Assembly: GCF_004010195.1 (NCBI RefSeq)
Contig: NC_057710.1
Span: 90,664,171 to 90,726,387, forward strand
DNA length: 62,217 nucleotides
Reading direction: 5' to 3'
Origin: Chiloscyllium plagiosum
Taxonomy: Eukaryota
The position numbers and the translations under genes were made by a program. Numbering within the stretch: the stretch's first letter is position 1; each line of letters begins with the position of its first letter. The notes beneath the pieces are model-generated. The model made no database searches, was not told where the DNA came from, and saw only the letters and a program-made list of their open reading frames with translations. This document shows, piece after piece, positions 25,751 through 40,134 of this stretch.

Positions 25751-26319
25751 AATTCAATAGAATTTTTAAAATGGGAATCAGATAAATATTTGAAGGAGAA
25801 AACCTGTAGGAAAATAGTGAATGAGTAGAGGAGAGAGGCCAACTGGATGGGGGGGGTGGGGGAATTGGGACAGAAGGGCTACTGGAATTTGGGGTTGGTA
25901 TGTGAAAAAAAAGCAGCAAGAGATTTGATCGGAGGGGACAAGCTGCTAAGGGAGAACAGGTTTAAACATGTCAATGAAGGAATACTCAGCTAACTTGAAA
26001 TCACATTTATAGATTGTGGTCAACCAAAGTTTAACAGCATCAGGCAGAGAGGGAATGAGGCAGTCAAAAAGGAAGAGATAGGTAAGGTCGTACAGGGTCC
26101 CCAGTGTGTATTCAACTTTCCAACTGGTATTCATTTCTGAACAAAAAAAAACAAAGAACCGCAGATGCTGGAAATCAGAAACAAAAGCAAAAATTGCTGG
26201 AAAAACTCAACAGGTCTGGCAGCATTTGTGGAGAGAAAGCAGAGTTATAGTTTTGGGTCCAGTGACCTCTTCAGACCTGAATACTGATGAGGGTTATGGT
26301 TCATTTAGGGAGCAATGCC

Positions 26320-27570
26320 ACAGCTAAATCCATGGAACCATGGGTGGCTCAGCTACACGGGAGGGGGGGATACTAGGAAGATTGAAGAGCAAAATGATAG
26401 CTGACTTGATTGTTAAGAGAACAGATAGCTATTTCTGCCACAGACATGAATCTAGGATGGTGTGTTGGTACCTTGCTCCAGTACCAAGTGATGTTGATGA
26501 GCAGCTAAGGAGCACTCTGCAGAAAAAGGGCAGCAGCAGTTGTGGTCTACATTAAAACTAACAACATACGCAGAAAAAAAGGGATCTTGTTCTGCAGTCA
26601 ATTTAAGAAGCTAAGTTGCAATCTCAAGATTATTTACAGTGTCAAATGCAAGTATAGAAACAGGGCCATATGACAAATATATGGAAAGGGAGAGATGTAC
26701 GAAGGTCTTTAGGTTCTTGGGATATCAGGACCAGCACTGGGGAAGATGGGTCCTGTGCAGGCTGAACAGTTTCTACCTGAATAAATTCGACTGAGCTCCT
26801 TGTCGGGCAGTTTGTTAATGCTCTTGGGAACTGGCAGGGGTTTGGGAAGCAAGAGATGATATCAGATGGGTATACCAAAATGCACAAAATACTGGAAGAG
26901 ATAGATGACACTAGAGCAGAGGTAGTGTTACTAGGTGAGTAAGGGACAAAATAATAAAATCTAAATTAGGATCACCATGCATATGTATGTGAATACAGTG
27001 CATCATAAATAAAATTGGTGAGTTTTAGGCACAGATTGCTATTAAATATATGTTGTCACTATAACAGAGACCTGACTAAAGGAAGGACAGGATTAGGAAT
27101 TAAACACTCCTGCATAAAATATGATCAAGAAAGATAAAACAAAATGGAAAACAAAACAGGGGTGCTTGTATTGATTCAGGGAAAATTTGGAAGCAAGAGG
27201 AAGAGGATGTCCCAGAGAATTTGGCGAAAGCTAAGGAACAAAACAAATGCAATTATATTGCTTAGTGTAATCTAGAGGCCACAATTAGTGGGGAAGGACA
27301 TAGAGAATCAAACTTGCAAGGAAATTACAGGAAGTTTCAAAACAGAGAGTAGTTTATAGTGATGGACTTTATCTGAATATAGATCGTGATGATAGTGGTA
27401 GTAGTAGTAGTAGTGGAAACCAAGCCAGGGAAATGTTACTAGAGTGTGTTCAGAGCATTTTCTACAGCAGTGTCTTTCTAGTCAAATGGGAAAGGAAGCA
27501 CTGCTAAGGCCTGATTCCTGAGAATATATGGGCCAAGTGTTAGCAGGAGAACACTCAGGGGATAGAAATT
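26320..27570 (+). mobile_element. Old CR1 5' region (ORF1 esterase-like + ORF2 endonuclease)
   Basis: IADLIVKRTDSYFCHRHESRMVC resembles CR1 ORF1 SGNH esterase. Later ITETxL and GGVxVLI-like APE remnants. Confidence 0.65.
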
Positions 27571-27949
27571 AATTCACCAAATTTTATGCTGCAAGTCTCA
27601 ACAGATTCCATATTTGACAATTCATGTATAACGTTTTAATATGAATTTAAGTTCAAGCTACTTGACAATAACAACACTTGGTTAGATTGCACGTAGATAT
27701 TTTTTGGGAAGAATGGGTCATGGGCTTAAAGAAATGAAATTACCAGAGTATTGGTCCTAGGGCAGGATACAAAATATCTGAAATGCTACACCATTTGACC
27801 ATTGTCAAGCTCTGTAAATGTAATAAACACATAAACAGAAATAGACAGGAACGGATTTTTGAGCAAGGAGGTTTAGATGAGATGTGAGGAAAATGTTTTT
27901 CACTCAGTGTATTGGGAATCTATAACTCTTTGCCTGTCAGGGTGGTAGA

Positions 27950-28568
27950 GAAAATGAGGAAACTGGTGAAATCCACATTGATCCTGTGTGGTTGAAGTGT
28001 CTGTTTCAGAGAACATCTCTGGGACACCTGCACCAAATAACCCCACTGCCATGTAGCTAACACTTTCACTCCCCTCCCAATCCACCATGGTCATGCAGGT
28101 CCTGGGCCTCCTCCATCGCCAAACCCTAATTCCAGACACCTGGAGGAAGAACACCTCATCTCCCATCTTGGGACACTTCAACCACAGGGTATCAATGTGG
28201 ATTTCACCAGTTTCTTCATTTTCCCTCCTCCCACCTTATCCCAGTCCCAACTTCCCAACTTAGCACCGCCCTCTTGAACTGTCCTACCTGTCCATCTTCC
28301 TTCCCACCTATCTGTTCCACTCTCCTCTACAACATATCACTTTCACCCCCACCTTTCTAACTATCACATTCCCAACTACCTTCTGCACAGGCCCACCCCT
28401 CTCCCATTTATTTCTCAGCCCCCTTGGCCCACAAGCCTCATTCCTGATGAAAGACTTATGCCCGAAATATCGACTCTCCTGTTCCTTGGAAGCTGCCCGA
28501 CTGTGTGGTATTCCAGCACCACACTCTTCAACTCTGATCTCCAGCATCTGCAGTCCTCACTTTCTCCA
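27950..28568 (+). mobile_element. PLE 3' fragment (GIY-YIG C-terminus + hammerhead tail) with inverted 5' segment
   Basis: Homologous to 49820-50316. 27950-28001 is the reverse complement of 28172-28223. Confidence 0.85.
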
Positions 28569-31500
28569 ACTCTCTTTATAGTCTATATGTGAACATATGA
28601 AATAGAAGTAGGAGTATGCCAATCAGCCCACTCTATCCTGCTTTGCCATTAAATAAGATCCTGGCTGATGTGATCATGACCTCAACTCCTCTACTCTCCA
28701 CATCCCCACTAAGATTTCTTCTACTTAGTTAAAAGATTCTGCTTTTGAAAATATTAAGTTATATTGAGGAAACAAATTATGTTTTCTTTACCTTTTCCCT
28801 TCCAAATCAGAAATTTAAACTTTGGAATTGGATATGTCATCAACTAGTGTTAAACATTTCTAACAGACAACAAAATTAGGTGGGGACAATTCACTGGTTT
28901 CAAATCTTGACATTCTTCAAAGGGATTATCATGAAAAAGATCTTCAACTCCTTTTTCTTCACAATTTGGTCAGCTTAATTTTGTAAGTACATAGAACACC
29001 AACATGTATTTAGTACAAGCATTTCTCCCCTTACACAGGCTCTTTAAAACATATTTACTTCTTATTTTAAGCTACGGAAAAGCACACTCGTGCTTTTAAT
29101 ATTACTTGAACAAAAGCTATTGAGCAAAAAGTATCTCGGGAAAGAATCGGAGCAACTGATTTGAAAGTACTAAGGAAACTGGTACCCACAAAGTTAGTGA
29201 ACCATTTTCAGCACATGGAATCAGTCCTAGGCAAAAATAGCAAGTCAAAATCCAGGCTCTTTAGAAATATTGAAATCGATTAGAAACTTTAATTAATGCA
29301 TTTGAAGTCACAAAAGTTAATTAATAGGATGAATTTCATGTTGCGAAATATGCAATTTATTAATATTTAATTCATAATCTTGACACTTCAACAGAAGAAC
29401 GCACACATTTTATACATAAAATTCAGAGTAACTCCCATGAGCCTGTTCCACCATTCAATAAAATCATGGCTGATCTGATAATTCCAAATTTCCATCCACT
29501 ACTGATAATATTTTGCTTCATTTTATTCATTCATGGATTTGGACGTCACTGGCTGGGCCATTTACTGATCATTCCCAATTGCTTTTACTGAGCGGCTTGC
29601 TCATCCACTTAGCTGTTAAGCATTAGCGACATTGCTGTGGGCCTGGAACATACCTTCCATACCCACTCTGTCAAGATTGCTCTGGATCTTATATGTTTCA
29701 AACAAGTCATCTGTCACTATTCTATATTCCTATGGTCAAAAGCCTGCCAAGCCTTCCTTCAAAGGTAACTCTCATTCCAGGTTTTAGTTTTGTACATCTT
29801 CTCTGAACAGTTTCCTATGTTTTTACATCCTTCCTTAACTAAAGAAACTAATACTGTGCAGAGAAGTCCAGAAGTGATCTACCAATGCCCTGCCACACTC
29901 AATTACGATGTTTCTATTTGTATATTCAATTTCCCTTGCAATAAATAATATCAATCAATTAGTTTTCCTAATTATTTTCTGCACCTATGTTGTAGTAGCC
30001 GATGATTAAAGTTGACAAGATGGGGCTTTTTACCTGATTCAAGATGGCCAAAAGGGATTGGCAGCTACGTATAGCAGTTACTCATAGGCAGACTTGTGGT
30101 CTCCATACAGAATTACAGAATAAGATAATGAAAGGTCCCGTCGGGGTTATAAAAGGGTCCTGGTAAGAAGAAACATTAGGGAATTTACTTGGGTTTCTGT
30201 AAACAGACAGTTCTACACATATACGCATTTTAGAAAGGCCTAGTTTAGCCACAGTCCCATGTTTGTTACTTAGTTTAAAAAAAGCAGAAGAAAAAGTCTG
30301 TTTCTACAGTATTCTGAACTTTTTAGGTGGTTGTAAATTAGAAATGCAAACAACAAATTAGTGTGAAAGGGTTAGTTGAATTCCTTGAGCAATTGTTTGT
30401 AGGTAGTAAAAGTGGCCTATTGCATCATTAGGGAAGGTAAAGCAATAAATGGTGTAAACATGGCCTCTAAAAGACCACTAGCACAAGAGAGGGCAAAGGA
30501 AGGTTGTAAAAAAGAGATCTCAGGACTGGGGAGAGATAAACAATTGAAGCTGAAGCGTAGATGTAGATAATTTGAACAAATTCTTAAATACAGACATCAA
30601 GGGAAGAATGACAGAGACAAATTACAAAGTACAGAGTGAAGATGTGGTTATGCTCCCTAGTTACTTGTGGAATCTAAACAACTTTCATTTGATGACTTGG
30701 TAAAGTCGTCAAGTGTTCGTATTTCACCCTAATCAGTAGAATTTGAATAGACACTTTCTCAAGAAAATCAGTGATGGAAAGTGTTTAGAATAGAAACAGT
30801 AAAAGATTCATTTAAGAACTAAACTCTGGTTTAAAACTCACTTACAACTTGAGAGTAGTGGGGGTTGTAACTGCAACTGCAAGTCAGGCAGACTGTTTGT
30901 TTGATTTCCCAGGGTTAAGTGAAAGAGAAGCTGCCTCCAATTTGTTAGCTTTGTTAAAGAACTATAACTACATAACTTCATATTGGAAAAGAGATTACAA
31001 ATTTCATAATAATTGGTAAAAACTAATATCTTTTCTAATCTTCTGTATAATGTTAGTAGGGAATATAAATTGCCTTATAGAATTTGGAAGAGTTCTTAGT
31101 GATAAACAAGTATGTAGGTTATTGACAATTAATCTGATACAGCTAGCAAATGTCTGGGAAAGAGTATTACTGTTAGATGAATTGTAAGGTCCCAAAGACA
31201 GATGATGGCGGTATGTAGTAAATATCATAGGGTTATGGAAGGACCCAGAGTTGTCCATCATTGATTGTGTGTTTACAGGATTAGATGTATAGAATAGGGG
31301 GATGTGGCTAACAGCATTAATGTTGCATATAATTATTGTAACGCGAAAGGTATAAAAATGTTGTATTCAGTTGAGGAACCCAGACTGTTACTGACCTCTT
31401 CTCCGATCTGAGCTATAATTACGATAACAATTGTGTCCCATGTGAAAGGCAGATTCAGAATGGTTTTACACCTCTTGCATGTTATGGTAAAAGAACTTTG

Positions 31501-31569
31501 AGTAAAGGCCCAGGGTCAAAAAAAGGCTACAAATTTCATTTCCAATGTCCACCCCAGCCTCATCCCTGT

Positions 31570-31940
31570 ACTGAGGAGTTCACTCAAACTGAAACATTAA
31601 TTCTGATTTCTCTCTAAAGATGCTACCAGGCCTACTGAACTTTTCCAGCAATTTCGGTTTCTGCTACTGAATAACTGCATCCGCAGTTCTTTCAGTTTTT
31701 ATTCACCTGGTCCATCTCCGAATCCTCTCTGCCTCGACATTTTTGTTTCCATTTCTGTAGATAGGCTGACCACCAATATTCATTATAAACCCACAGACTC
31801 CCACAGTTATCTTGACTACAACAAAGAGAGTTCTGAGGAGGGGGGGTCACTTGACCCGAAACATTAACTCTGACTTCTCTCCACAGACATTGCCAAACCT
31901 GCTGAGCTTTTCCAACAATTTCTGTTTTAGTTTCTGAATA
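31570..31940 (+). mobile_element. PLE-derived short repeats with hammerhead-like heads (related copies ~19615 +, 26140-26278 -, 38040-38170 +, 48855-48950 +, 54140-54250 -)
   Basis: AGAGTT-CTGAGGA-(G)n-GGGTC-ACTT-GACCC-GAAA-CATT-AACTCT at 31827-31871, followed by the shared TCTCCACAGA..GCCA.ACCTGCTGAG tail. Confidence 0.7.
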
Positions 31941-33228
31941 ACGTCACTTGTACTACTGAACACAGAACTCAAGACTCGTCGTTCATATTTCTCCTTACAA
32001 TGACCTGTATACTAACATTTTGCAAATCATGGGCTAGAACACCCAGATCCTTCTACATTTTAAAACTCTGCAAAATGTTACCCTTGAGATAACATTTAAT
32101 CTTGATTCCTCCTGATAAAATGGACAATTTCACATTTTTCCACACTATCCTCTAGATCTTTGCCCAAGGGTAATTTGCAAAGATCAGAGGATGATTTAGT
32201 CATATTATAAAATAAACTAATGATGTGGTCTACTTGACAATGAAAAAAGACCCAACACTACTCAATCTACAGGAGCAATAAATAATGTAAGTGCATACAA
32301 GTGGCTAAAGTTAGCTTTGAGTGCAGTTTCTGTGGGATTTTGAGTGACAAGATGCTGTCATCCAAACATCAAATAAGTTGTGCACCTTCAACATAGCACT
32401 TGAGACCTGTGTGAACTGGACGAGCAACTGGATTTCTCCTTATCCACATCAGTTTGAAGAATTGTTAATAAACAGTTCAGTTTGAATTAGGAAGAAAGAA
32501 TTAGAACAGTGAATTCAATGTCCTATAAGATACAGAGAATGAAATAAAGAAAGAGTGAATTGAGATATAACAGTCAGAAAGGAAGACTGAATTGTGAGAT
32601 AACAAAACCAGAAAAAAATTAATCATTGCTTTCAAAGCTCCAACAATATGTAAAAGCTGATTGAGACCACAAAATTCATTTTTGTGGCAGAAATGTTTGT
32701 CAATAATTAAGAATTATTAAGAGGGTATTTAAGATTGAAATGGCTAAGCTACAAGTTGTTTTTGGAGAGCTTTTTCTATACTTATGAGTTAAGCACATGA
32801 ATTTTACACCATTGAATATATTTAAATTACAGGTCAGGTTACAAGATTCTGTATTCTCACACCTTAGGTGTTGCAAATTCAGCTACAACTTCCATATTTT
32901 CATGGTCACCAGAGGTTGGGTCCAATTTGAATAGGTATCAGTGGAAGTTGATAATCATTGAGAAACTTATAGTTTAACCAGCAAAATCCAGTGAAAGGTC
33001 TGCCTATTCCACGGCCAAGATTTTCACATCTCCAGATAGAACAAGACCAAACATATCTGGGAAACTGCACTGGGAATATTCAAAAATATCAATGCACCGA
33101 CTACATAGTAATTGTTTAGGAAGTTGAAACTTCCCATGAAATCTGCCTGGCATCTATATTCTTCTGAAAAAGTCTCCAATTTGGAGTTTGAGGAGGAAAT
33201 AAAGTGTTTGGACTCATGTATCTGAATA

Positions 33229-33363
33229 CAGAACCTCCTCAGTTACCTAAATATCAATTATCCGAATTTCAGATTATCAGAGCAAGATCTCAAGGTCCCG
33301 TAAAAACGTTATCTGAACAAAATACTCCCCACCCATCTCAGTCGGATGATTGAAGATGTTCTG
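33229..33363. mobile_element. 135-bp Tigger/pogo-type MITE
   Basis: TIRs CAGAACCTCCTCAGTTACC / GGATGATTGAAGATGTTCTG, flanked by TA on both sides. Confidence 0.75.
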
Positions 33364-35004
33364 TAATTAGTCAGAAGAAATTGAAACCTACTGTAAATCG
33401 TGGCTAATCAGAAACGTGTTCCAAACAACTCTCAATAACACACTCCACAGACGACAAACCTCAACCTAAACACAATTCCACCTTCCCACTCCAGCTCTGG
33501 ACTGGACCTAATGCTCACCAACCCCACACTGAACCAAAAACGCATGAACTGCTAAGTTCTGGACCCAACATCTTCATAACCCAACTTGCGCTGAACCACC
33601 AGCCCATACAATTATTCTAAGTACTCACCCATTTATCTACTCTAGGCAGTCACCCAGTTACCCACCACCCCATTCACCTGCTCCCCTTCATTGACTTGGC
33701 ACTGCACAACCCATATGATACTCCAGTCCCTCAGGCACCTAGCACAGCATTTCTCACCCAGATGCTACTCCAACCACTCATACTCCCAACCCTCTAACCC
33801 TGGATCTCCACCAAGGTCAGTGTGCATTTTTTTGTCTGATCAGGGTCAAATGATCTGGGCCAATAAATTCAACATATTATAGATTGTCTATTACGTATTT
33901 CAAAAGAATACATTTGGTCGTGGGACTAGACAGTGTCTAATGGCTGTTGGTTTGTACCACAAAGACTATCTTCAGGAGAGAAGTGAAATATATACAGTTT
34001 AAAATCTTACAGGAATTGTTGTGACTTAAGGGTTTGATACAAGTTCAATACAGAAATACAAACATATTAATTAGGAGTAGGCCATTCAGTCCCTCTAGAT
34101 TATCCACGATTCAACGAGATAATGACTGATCTGATTGGAGCCTCACCCTTCACATTTTCACCTACCAGTTAGATTTTAATCAATATCTTTTACTCACGCA
34201 TATTATAAAAGTCAGTTTACGTGTGAATTAAAACTGAATTTAGTGTACTAAGGAAATAGGAGTGAAAGCATTCAGGCAGACACTACAATTTCTTTTAACC
34301 ACTAAAGTCAACTGGAAATGGTGCACTGAAATTTGTTTTAAATTAGCATTTACATGTCCTCTGAATCCCGTAAAGCACTTCACAGCTATTAGATTACATG
34401 TGAATAACAACTACCTGTATTGTAATGTAGGTAACCATGGCAGTAAATCTATGTAAGGTGTTATAGCAAATGATTGAGCAAGATTTTTTAAAATTATACA
34501 GAAATAAGAACAAAAACTAAATTGAAATGTTTCTCTTCATTCACAAAATTTGTTTCAAAAAATTAAAGCTTTGTCTTGGCCATTCTGTCTGGTAACTTTC
34601 AACCACATTTCTGTTTTGAGATATTCCACGCGAGAAATTAGTCCCATGTTGTCCTATATTGCTGTGACTCAATCTCAAAGTTACTTTAAGAAGCTGACAG
34701 CAACTGAAACAATTCAATGCCTGTATTGCTTCCAAATACAGAACTGCTCAGGGAATAAAAATCTGAAAAGACACACAATTAAAAGGAGATGGCACACGTA
34801 TCGCTCCTATTGCCAGTAACACTCAGTGACAGCTTCAATCAGAAATTGCAAATACACAATATTAATAATGAACCTATGACAAATAAATACAACACCCTTT
34901 TTCAGAACATTTCTCCACGATATTCCATACCCCAAGCCCAAAGCTGATAAGTGAATAGTTAAGTAACTACATTTTTCTTAGTAAGATAGCTATTCCAGGT
35001 AATG

Positions 35005-35096
35005 ATTCCTGATGAAGGGCCTTTGCCCGAAACGTCGCTTCTCCTGCTCCTCAAATGCTGCCTGACCTGCTGTGCTTTTCCAGCACCGCACTCTCG
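35005..35096 (+). mobile_element. 92-bp PLE-derived hammerhead insertion with TSD
   Basis: CTGATGA-A-GGGC-CTTT-GCCC-GAAA-CGTC from 35009. Direct repeat ATTCCAG(G/A)TAATG at 34992-35004 and 35097-35109. Confidence 0.82.
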
Positions 35097-35164
35097 ATTC
35101 CAGATAATGCATCGGGTTCTTTCACAAAAGAACTAAATCAACAATACAACTTTCATTTCTATTG

Positions 35165-35455
35165 CTGGTTTTGAGAAAATTTGTAGCTCAGGTTGAGGTT
35201 TTGGATGTAGATTTGCTTGCTGAGCTGCAAGGTTCGTTTCCAGACGCTTTGTTACCCTACTAGGTAACATCTTCAGTGGGCTTCAGGCGAAGCAATACGG
35301 AAAATTCCTGCTTTCTACTTATATGTTTGGGCTTCTTTGGGTTGGTGATGTTATTTCCTGTGGTGAAGTCATTTCTTGTTCCTTTTCTTAGGGGATGGTA
35401 AATGGGGTCTAACTCAACGTGTTTGTTGATAGAGTTCCGGTTGGAATGCCATGAG
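35165..35455 (-). mobile_element. 3' end of the same PLE family as 44605-46906
   Basis: Reverse complement matches 46675-46906. Confidence 0.85.
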
Positions 35456-35459
35456 AATC

Positions 35460-36262
35460 AGTGTAACACACCGCTGGTCAAAAGCTTCCAGTCCAAAAAC
35501 AACCCTCTACCACCACCCTCTGTCTCCTACCTTCAAGCTAATATTGTATCCAATTAGCTAGCTACCCCTGGATCACGTGATCTAATCTTGCTAACCAGTC
35601 TATCATGTGGAGCCTTGATGAACGCTTTGCGGAAGTCTATCTCTTTTGTCACCTCTTCAAAAAATTGAATCAAGTTAGTGAGTCATGATTTCTAATGCAC
35701 CGAGCCATGTTGACTACCTCTGATCAGCCTTGCCTTTCCAAATGCATGGAAATCCTGTTCCTCAGAAACTTCTCCAACAACTTATCGCCTGCGTAAGGCC
35801 CATCCATCTACAGATTTTCTTTAGTCTTTCTTAAATAATGGCTCCATATCAGCCAATCTCCAGTCTTCTGGCATCTCACCTGTAGCTAACGATGATACAA
35901 GTATCCCAGCATGGGGCTGAGCAATCTCTTCACTAGTTTCCCACAAAGTTCTGGGAAATAAGTGATCAGGTCCTGGGGATTTATCTACCTTTTTGCATTT
36001 TAAGACCTCCAGTATCTCGTTTTCTGTAATATGAACTCTTTCAAGTAATCAGTATTTACTTTTACTTCCTAAGAACCCTAACTTCGAAGTCCTTCTCCAC
36101 AGTAAATACAGACTCCAAATATTCATTTAGTATCTCACCCATCTCCTGTGGTTCCACATGTAGTTGGCCAAGATGATCTTTAAGAGGCCCTATTCTCTCC
36201 CTAGTTACTCTTTTGCTCTTAATGTACTTACAGAATCTTTTTGGATTCTCCTTATATCTAAA
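35460..36262 (-). mobile_element. CR1 RT fragment
   Basis: KENPKRFCKYIKSKRVTRERIGPLKD...EILNEYxxSVFTVE. Collinear with 5940-6790. Confidence 0.85.
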
Positions 36263-38319
36263 TAGCACAACTTTATTCTCATTTCAAAAACTCTTCACTG
36301 TGTCTTTGTCCCTCCGAACTTTGCAGTTTCTTTTAGGCCCACTACCTTCCAAGATAATCTGCACTTCTCAAGTTCTGGCTTCACATGTGACCATAATTTT
36401 AATTGCTTCACCATTGGCAGCTGGGGCTTTTAATTGTCTTGTTCAGAGATTTCCTTCATTCCCTCCCTCCTTTCTTACCTTTCATTTTTCTCTTAACAGT
36501 CTCCTTCAAATCTACTTAGTTTATAAAGCTTTTGGTCATTTCTCCCAATTTGTCAATTATTTCTGGTAGAATGGCCAAATATATTTGACAACACTTTTGT
36601 GAAATGTCTTGAGATGTTCTAAAAGTTTAAGATTGTTGCTGTTTTCTCTCTGCATTTATACCATCAATGCCTAAAAACTGATCAAACCTTCAGGATCACA
36701 CATCGTCTCATCTGCCTTCTCAAGCAAATGTAAAAGATTTTGAAGGACAGAGACTATATCCCATGTCGCACCCAGTATTTATTTCACAGTCAACATCACA
36801 AAAATATGGTATCCAGTCATTACATTTTTATTTGTTTCCGAGAGCTTGTTGTGTATAATTTAGTTATTGTATTTCTGGACAATGCTATAGGAACCTCACT
36901 TCAAACAGTACTTTCTGGTTTGGAAAGCACTTTATGAAGAACTATACTCATGAAAGGTAATACATAAATGCATATCTTTGCTTTTCTATACTCATAAATA
37001 ACATGTGCTATTCTTAAAAGAAAATACAAGCATGCATATGCTGAATTTTTATAGAAGGGGTCTCACTAAAAAAAAATGCACAGTAAAACCATGTCACTTG
37101 ATCCACTGATTGCAGCTGTATCATTACAATCCATACTTTAAGTGTCAAATTACCCATCATTTAAATATCAATGCATTTCACAAAAATCACCTAATTAATC
37201 AAGTGCATTCAAACAGATAGATTGTTAGTAGGTTAGCTGTTGCCTAGGAAAGGATTTGCTTCATAGCCAAATGTATTTTTGTGAAAGCAGCACTGAAACA
37301 GTGTGGCTGAAATGGATAACATCAGTTACTGGATAGGTTTTAATTTCATCATGAGGTGGTTTAATAATTCAAGCAATTACTACAGTATCAAATAATGAAA
37401 TCACAGGCCTCCTTAGGACCTCTTTCTGACTGACCCCAGCCATCCAACTCTACTCAAGCTCCACTTTCACTTCTTTATGCAAATGCAGCAAGATAATTCT
37501 GAATCTCTTCTCCTGTGCTCCATCTCCAAAATTATTGCTAGAGGACAAGTCACATACCTGATTCCAAGTCACAAGCATTGAACATACCATTGATTTGAGA
37601 TACACAGAATAAAGAATGTGAAATCTGAAAGAAACATGTATGCATTATGAACAGAGATAAATGGAAACAAAATGTAGATAAATACAGTGTGTGTGTAAGT
37701 AAGTACCATAAGAGAAGCAAAGGACATGGAAACAGAGGTAATGTGCATAGCATAGAAAAAATTGAGGACAACGGAATGTAGAGGATACAGATGTAAGGAC
37801 TGACAAAAGCAGTGATTGAGACATGGAATGATGTTGATTTGTTGAACTTTGGGATGAGATGGATTGCAGTGGTCATTTGCAGTCCTAATTAAAAGGATTG
37901 TGAACAAATGTCAGATGCTCAAAGTAAAGGTATAGGGAGAAGGAGAAAGAAATAATTTGAATGATGCACGAGTAGAAGATGAACAAAATTTTATTTATAT
38001 ATTTACTAGCATATGCTACATTTCTTAGCTACAATCAATTCTGAAGGAGGGTCTCTGACCTGAACTGTTAAGTCTGCTTTCTCTCCACACGTGCTGCTGG
38101 ACCTGCTTATTTTTCCAGCAATTTCTGCTTTTATTTTTGATTTCCAGCATTTGTCATTCTTTGTTTACAATTTTGTTATATACAAGGAACATTATGGGAA
38201 AATCAATACTTATCATTCACAGAGGAAAAAAAGGGAGTTAAATTTTCAGATTGACCACTTTTCAGGACATCAGTGATCTCAAATTTTAACCCTGCATTTT
38301 TCTATCTCTGCTGATGCTA

Positions 38320-38612
38320 CATAGAATCCCTACGGTGTGGAAGCAAGTAATTCGGCCCATCAGGTCCACTATCCCTTCCAAGAGCATCCCACCCAGAATT
38401 GCTCCTCCCCTCCCCCCGACGCACCCTTCATCCCTACAACCCTGCATTTGCCATGGCTGATCCGCCTAGCCTGCACATCCCTGGACATTATAGAACAATT
38501 TTGCATGGTTATTCCACCTAATCTGTAATTGTTTGGGATGTAGAAGGAAACTGGGGCATCCGGAGGAAACCCATGCAGACAAGGGGAGAACATGCTCCAC
38601 AGAGACAGTCTT
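38320..38612 (-). mobile_element. HE1-related SINE, 5'-truncated (another copy at ~39320-39618, -)
   Basis: V-SINE core GGAGGAAACCCATGCAGACAAGGGGAGAAC. Confidence 0.8.
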
Positions 38613-40134
38613 GAGGTATATAAAATATTAAAGACGATTGACAAAATATATGTAGAGTGAATGTTTCCCATTGAGAGGCAACCGAAATCGAGTTTTAGAC
38701 TATGGGGTAATAGATTTAAAACAGAGGTGAGGAGGAATTATTTCGCTCAATGATCACAAATCTGTGGAATTCACTACAGTATGGTGGACACTGAGACACT
38801 GAATAAATTTGACGAAATAGACAGAATTTTAATTAGCAATAGGTTAAAAGTTTATAGGGAGTGGGCAGGAAAGTGGAGTTGAGGCTGAGATGAGATCAGC
38901 CAAGATCATATTAAGGGGCTGAGCACACTCAAGAATCTGAATTACCTACTCCCGCTTAAACTTCTTATGCTTGGTCCAACTGCTTAATGTCTCTCTCTCT
39001 CTTCATGATAGTGGTATATGTTTCTACAATTTGTATTTTTTTTTATTATATTTCTTCCACAGATTTTGCTACGCTGCTGCTTTAGAAACATACCTATTAG
39101 AAGGAAGGAATTAGATACCCAATTAGGAACTGAAGATATCTCTACAGTCAAATCTTTAAACTCCTGAATGTAATGTGGTTGCCCAACTCTAGCTTCCCTT
39201 GAATAGATTATAATCCATTTCAGGCATAATTAAAAGTCAATCACATTGCTGTGGGTCTGACGTCACATGTAGGCCACACCAGGTAAGGATGCTAACACTC
39301 CCTCTCTAAAAGGATATTAGTATAGAATTCCTACAGTGCAGATAGGGGCAATTCTGCCCATTGAGTTTGCATCACCCTCAAGACCACCACTCCCCAAACC
39401 TATCCCTGTAACCCCGCATTTACCATAGTTGAACCACCTAGCCTGCACAACTCTGGATAGCATAGGGCAATTCAGTATAGCCAAACCACCTAACCTGCAC
39501 ATCTTTGAACTGTGGGAGGAAACAGGAGCACCCAGAGGAAACCCTCGCCGATACCAAAGGCTAGAATCGAACCTGAGTCTCTAATGCCGTGAGGCAACCA
39601 CTGAGCGACTGTGCCATCAGACGAATTTGTTTCTGACAACCAATAATTGTTATGTGCTTCTCATTAATTCTAGACTTCTACTGAATTCAACTTTCACCTG
39701 CTATGTTAGGATTCAAACCCACAAACTTAGAACTTTATCCAGGGTCTCTGGATTACAGTGCAGTGATACTAGGTCCCTATTTAACTTATTTTAACATAAT
39801 TTTGAGATTTTATCAGTAGACAAATGCTGAGGTTATAGGTATATTGCAAAACAATTTACACCTTTTATTCTTCTACATATATAGAAAATAATTTACCTGT
39901 AAATGTCTTCTCTAGTTTTGAAACAGCACCAGCTTGCTTAAGGAGTGATTAAAATTTAACACAAGTTGATTTTTTTATATTTGTGATTCAGCAACTTCTA
40001 AAGTCATTTATTTCCTGATGAATAAAATTCCAGTACCCTCTGATCATCTGCCTAGACATTGACCACTAAAACCTCTTGCTATTTGCACCCTGAAGTTCAA
40101 AGAATTATCACAGCACTTGAAAATTATTTTTTAC

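Noticed and set aside
29990-31420. Possible solo LTR (also ~24215-24660)
   Set aside because: It begins with TG and appears to interrupt a CR1, but I could not establish a TSD, PBS or second copy.
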